Origin: Candidatus Hadarchaeales archaeon
GTDB lineage: Archaea > Hadarchaeota > Hadarchaeia > Hadarchaeales > Hadarchaeaceae
Assembly: GCA_038823825.1 (NCBI GenBank)
Contig: JAWBCC010000002.1
Span: 90,001-122,000, forward strand
Direction: 5' to 3'
Length of the DNA: 32,000 nt
Part shown: positions 31,201 through 32,000 of the stretch, piece by piece
How the letters are laid out: every line of letters begins with the position of its first letter
How positions within the stretch are numbered: position 1 is the stretch's first letter
Notes under the pieces: model-generated
Databases searched by the model: none
Told to the model about the DNA's origin: nothing
What the model saw: the letters and a program-made list of their open reading frames with translations, nothing else
Program-made: the position numbers and the translations under genes

Positions 31201-32000
31201 CTCGGCTTGAAAAGTTTGTCGGTGGCATGATCGGCGCCGCAGTCGGCGACGCGACCGGCAGACCTTTTGAAGGCTCTGCATCGGTCACAAAAGAAGAGAT
31301 AGAAAAAATGATCTCATCCTCTTCGGTTTTGACAGTCACAGATGACACGCTGATGTCGCTAGATGTTGCAAGATCGATCGTGGAAAAAGGTAAAGTGGAC
31401 CCAGATGATCTCATCGAAAAATTCGTTCTGAGTTATGACCCAGCCCGTGGTTACGGTATCACCACAACATTGGTTTTGGAAAAAGTGAAGAATGGGGCAG
31501 ATTGGAGAGAAGTAACCAGAAAAGTGGCTGAAGGAGGTTCTTGGGGAAACGGAGCAGCCATGCGTGTCTTGCCAGTTGGACTTTTCTTTTGCGATGATAT
31601 GACTGCCCTTTTCGAGGCAGCCGAGCAGTCGAGCATTGTCACACACTTTCATCCGCTCGCAGTTGAGGGTGCAAAGCTTCAGGCAAAAGCCGTTGCTCTT
31701 GCCGCCACCACGGATTTTTCGGAGTTCGACAGATTTGATTTCCTGAACTCTCTCGTCGAAGGTCTAAACTCTGAAGCCTACGTGGAGAAGCTAAAAAAGA
31801 TTGAGGAGTTCTTAAAGCATGGAGCCTCTAAGAAAGAAGTAGTGTCTCAGTTAGGGAACGGAAGCGAGGCTCTGAACTCCGTCCCAACTGCGATTTATAC
31901 GTTTTTGGCAAACGCCGGAGATTTCAGGGCAACGATTTTGCAAGCGGTCTCGCTCGGTGGCGATGCCGACACCATTGCAAGCATGAGTGGTGGAATAGCA
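31197..32000 (+). CDS. ADP-ribosylglycohydrolase family protein (3' end outside the window)
   Basis: The frame is open from 31197 to the window end. The sequence FVGGMIGAAVGDATGRPFEG…TDDT…GNGAAMRV…HFHP…SLGGDADTIASMSGGIA matches the ARH/DraG family pattern. The proposed TTG start at 31197 overlaps the GPN-B TGA (TTGA) and is preceded by GAGGAGGTGGA; an alternative ATG lies at 31227. It is absent from the ORF track because it has no in-window stop. Confidence 0.85.
   Translation, partial: MTRLEKFVGGMIGAAVGDATGRPFEGSASVTKEEIEKMISSSSVLTVTDDTLMSLDVARSIVEKGKVDPDDLIEKFVLSYDPARGYGITTTLVLEKVKNGADWREVTRKVAEGGSWGNGAAMRVLPVGLFFCDDMTALFEAAEQSSIVTHFHPLAVEGAKLQAKAVALAATTDFSEFDRFDFLNSLVEGLNSEAYVEKLKKIEEFLKHGASKKEVVSQLGNGSEALNSVPTAIYTFLANAGDFRATILQAVSLGGDADTIASMSGGIA

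Overview
Densely coding archaeal chromosomal window. It is probably from an F420- and methanopterin-using euryarchaeon of the Archaeoglobales type. That placement is an inference from gene content (CofE, DHPS-like enzyme, four-subunit 2-oxoacid:ferredoxin oxidoreductase, HypCD, Elp3, Hel308, Mre11/Rad50, RFC-L, Tes-like radical SAM), not from any search. All family calls rest on motif recognition by eye; no BLAST or HMM could be run.

Layout:
(1) 1-2411: a visibly lower-GC island next to tRNA-Cys. It holds a truncated ORF, an unlisted 51-aa RHH ORF, a beta-class SPPY DNA methyltransferase and a convergent orphan 342-aa ORF (candidate restriction-modification or defence module).
(2) 2.4-12.7 kb: housekeeping genes (Tes-like radical SAM, TrmB-like regulator, hypD-hypC, glutaredoxin, cofE, porGDAB-type operon, DHPS-like gene, sua5, lrp).
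(3) 12.6-19.9 kb: GPN-loop GTPase A, then a two-gene operon for very large secreted proteins (551 and 1608 aa). These are built from repeated Ig/FN3-like, PGF-pre-PGF, DUF2341/LamG-like and amylase-N/CBM-like modules with no catalytic domain that I can see.
(4) 20-32 kb: a genome-maintenance cluster of elp3, hel308, mre11-rad50 plus a translationally overlapping minimal protein-kinase-like ORF, rfcL overlapping an orphan permuted SPPY methyltransferase, GPN-loop GTPase B and an ADP-ribosylglycohydrolase running off the window.

Many gene pairs overlap by 4 nt (ATGA or TTGA), and several divergent pairs share compact AT-rich promoter elements consistent with leaderless transcripts. No CRISPR array, rRNA, transposase or integrase was seen.

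Most interesting candidates: the kinase-like ORF appended to mre11-rad50, the giant non-catalytic surface-protein operon, the tRNA-flanking RHH/MTase/orphan-ORF island, and the rfcL-coupled orphan methyltransferase.
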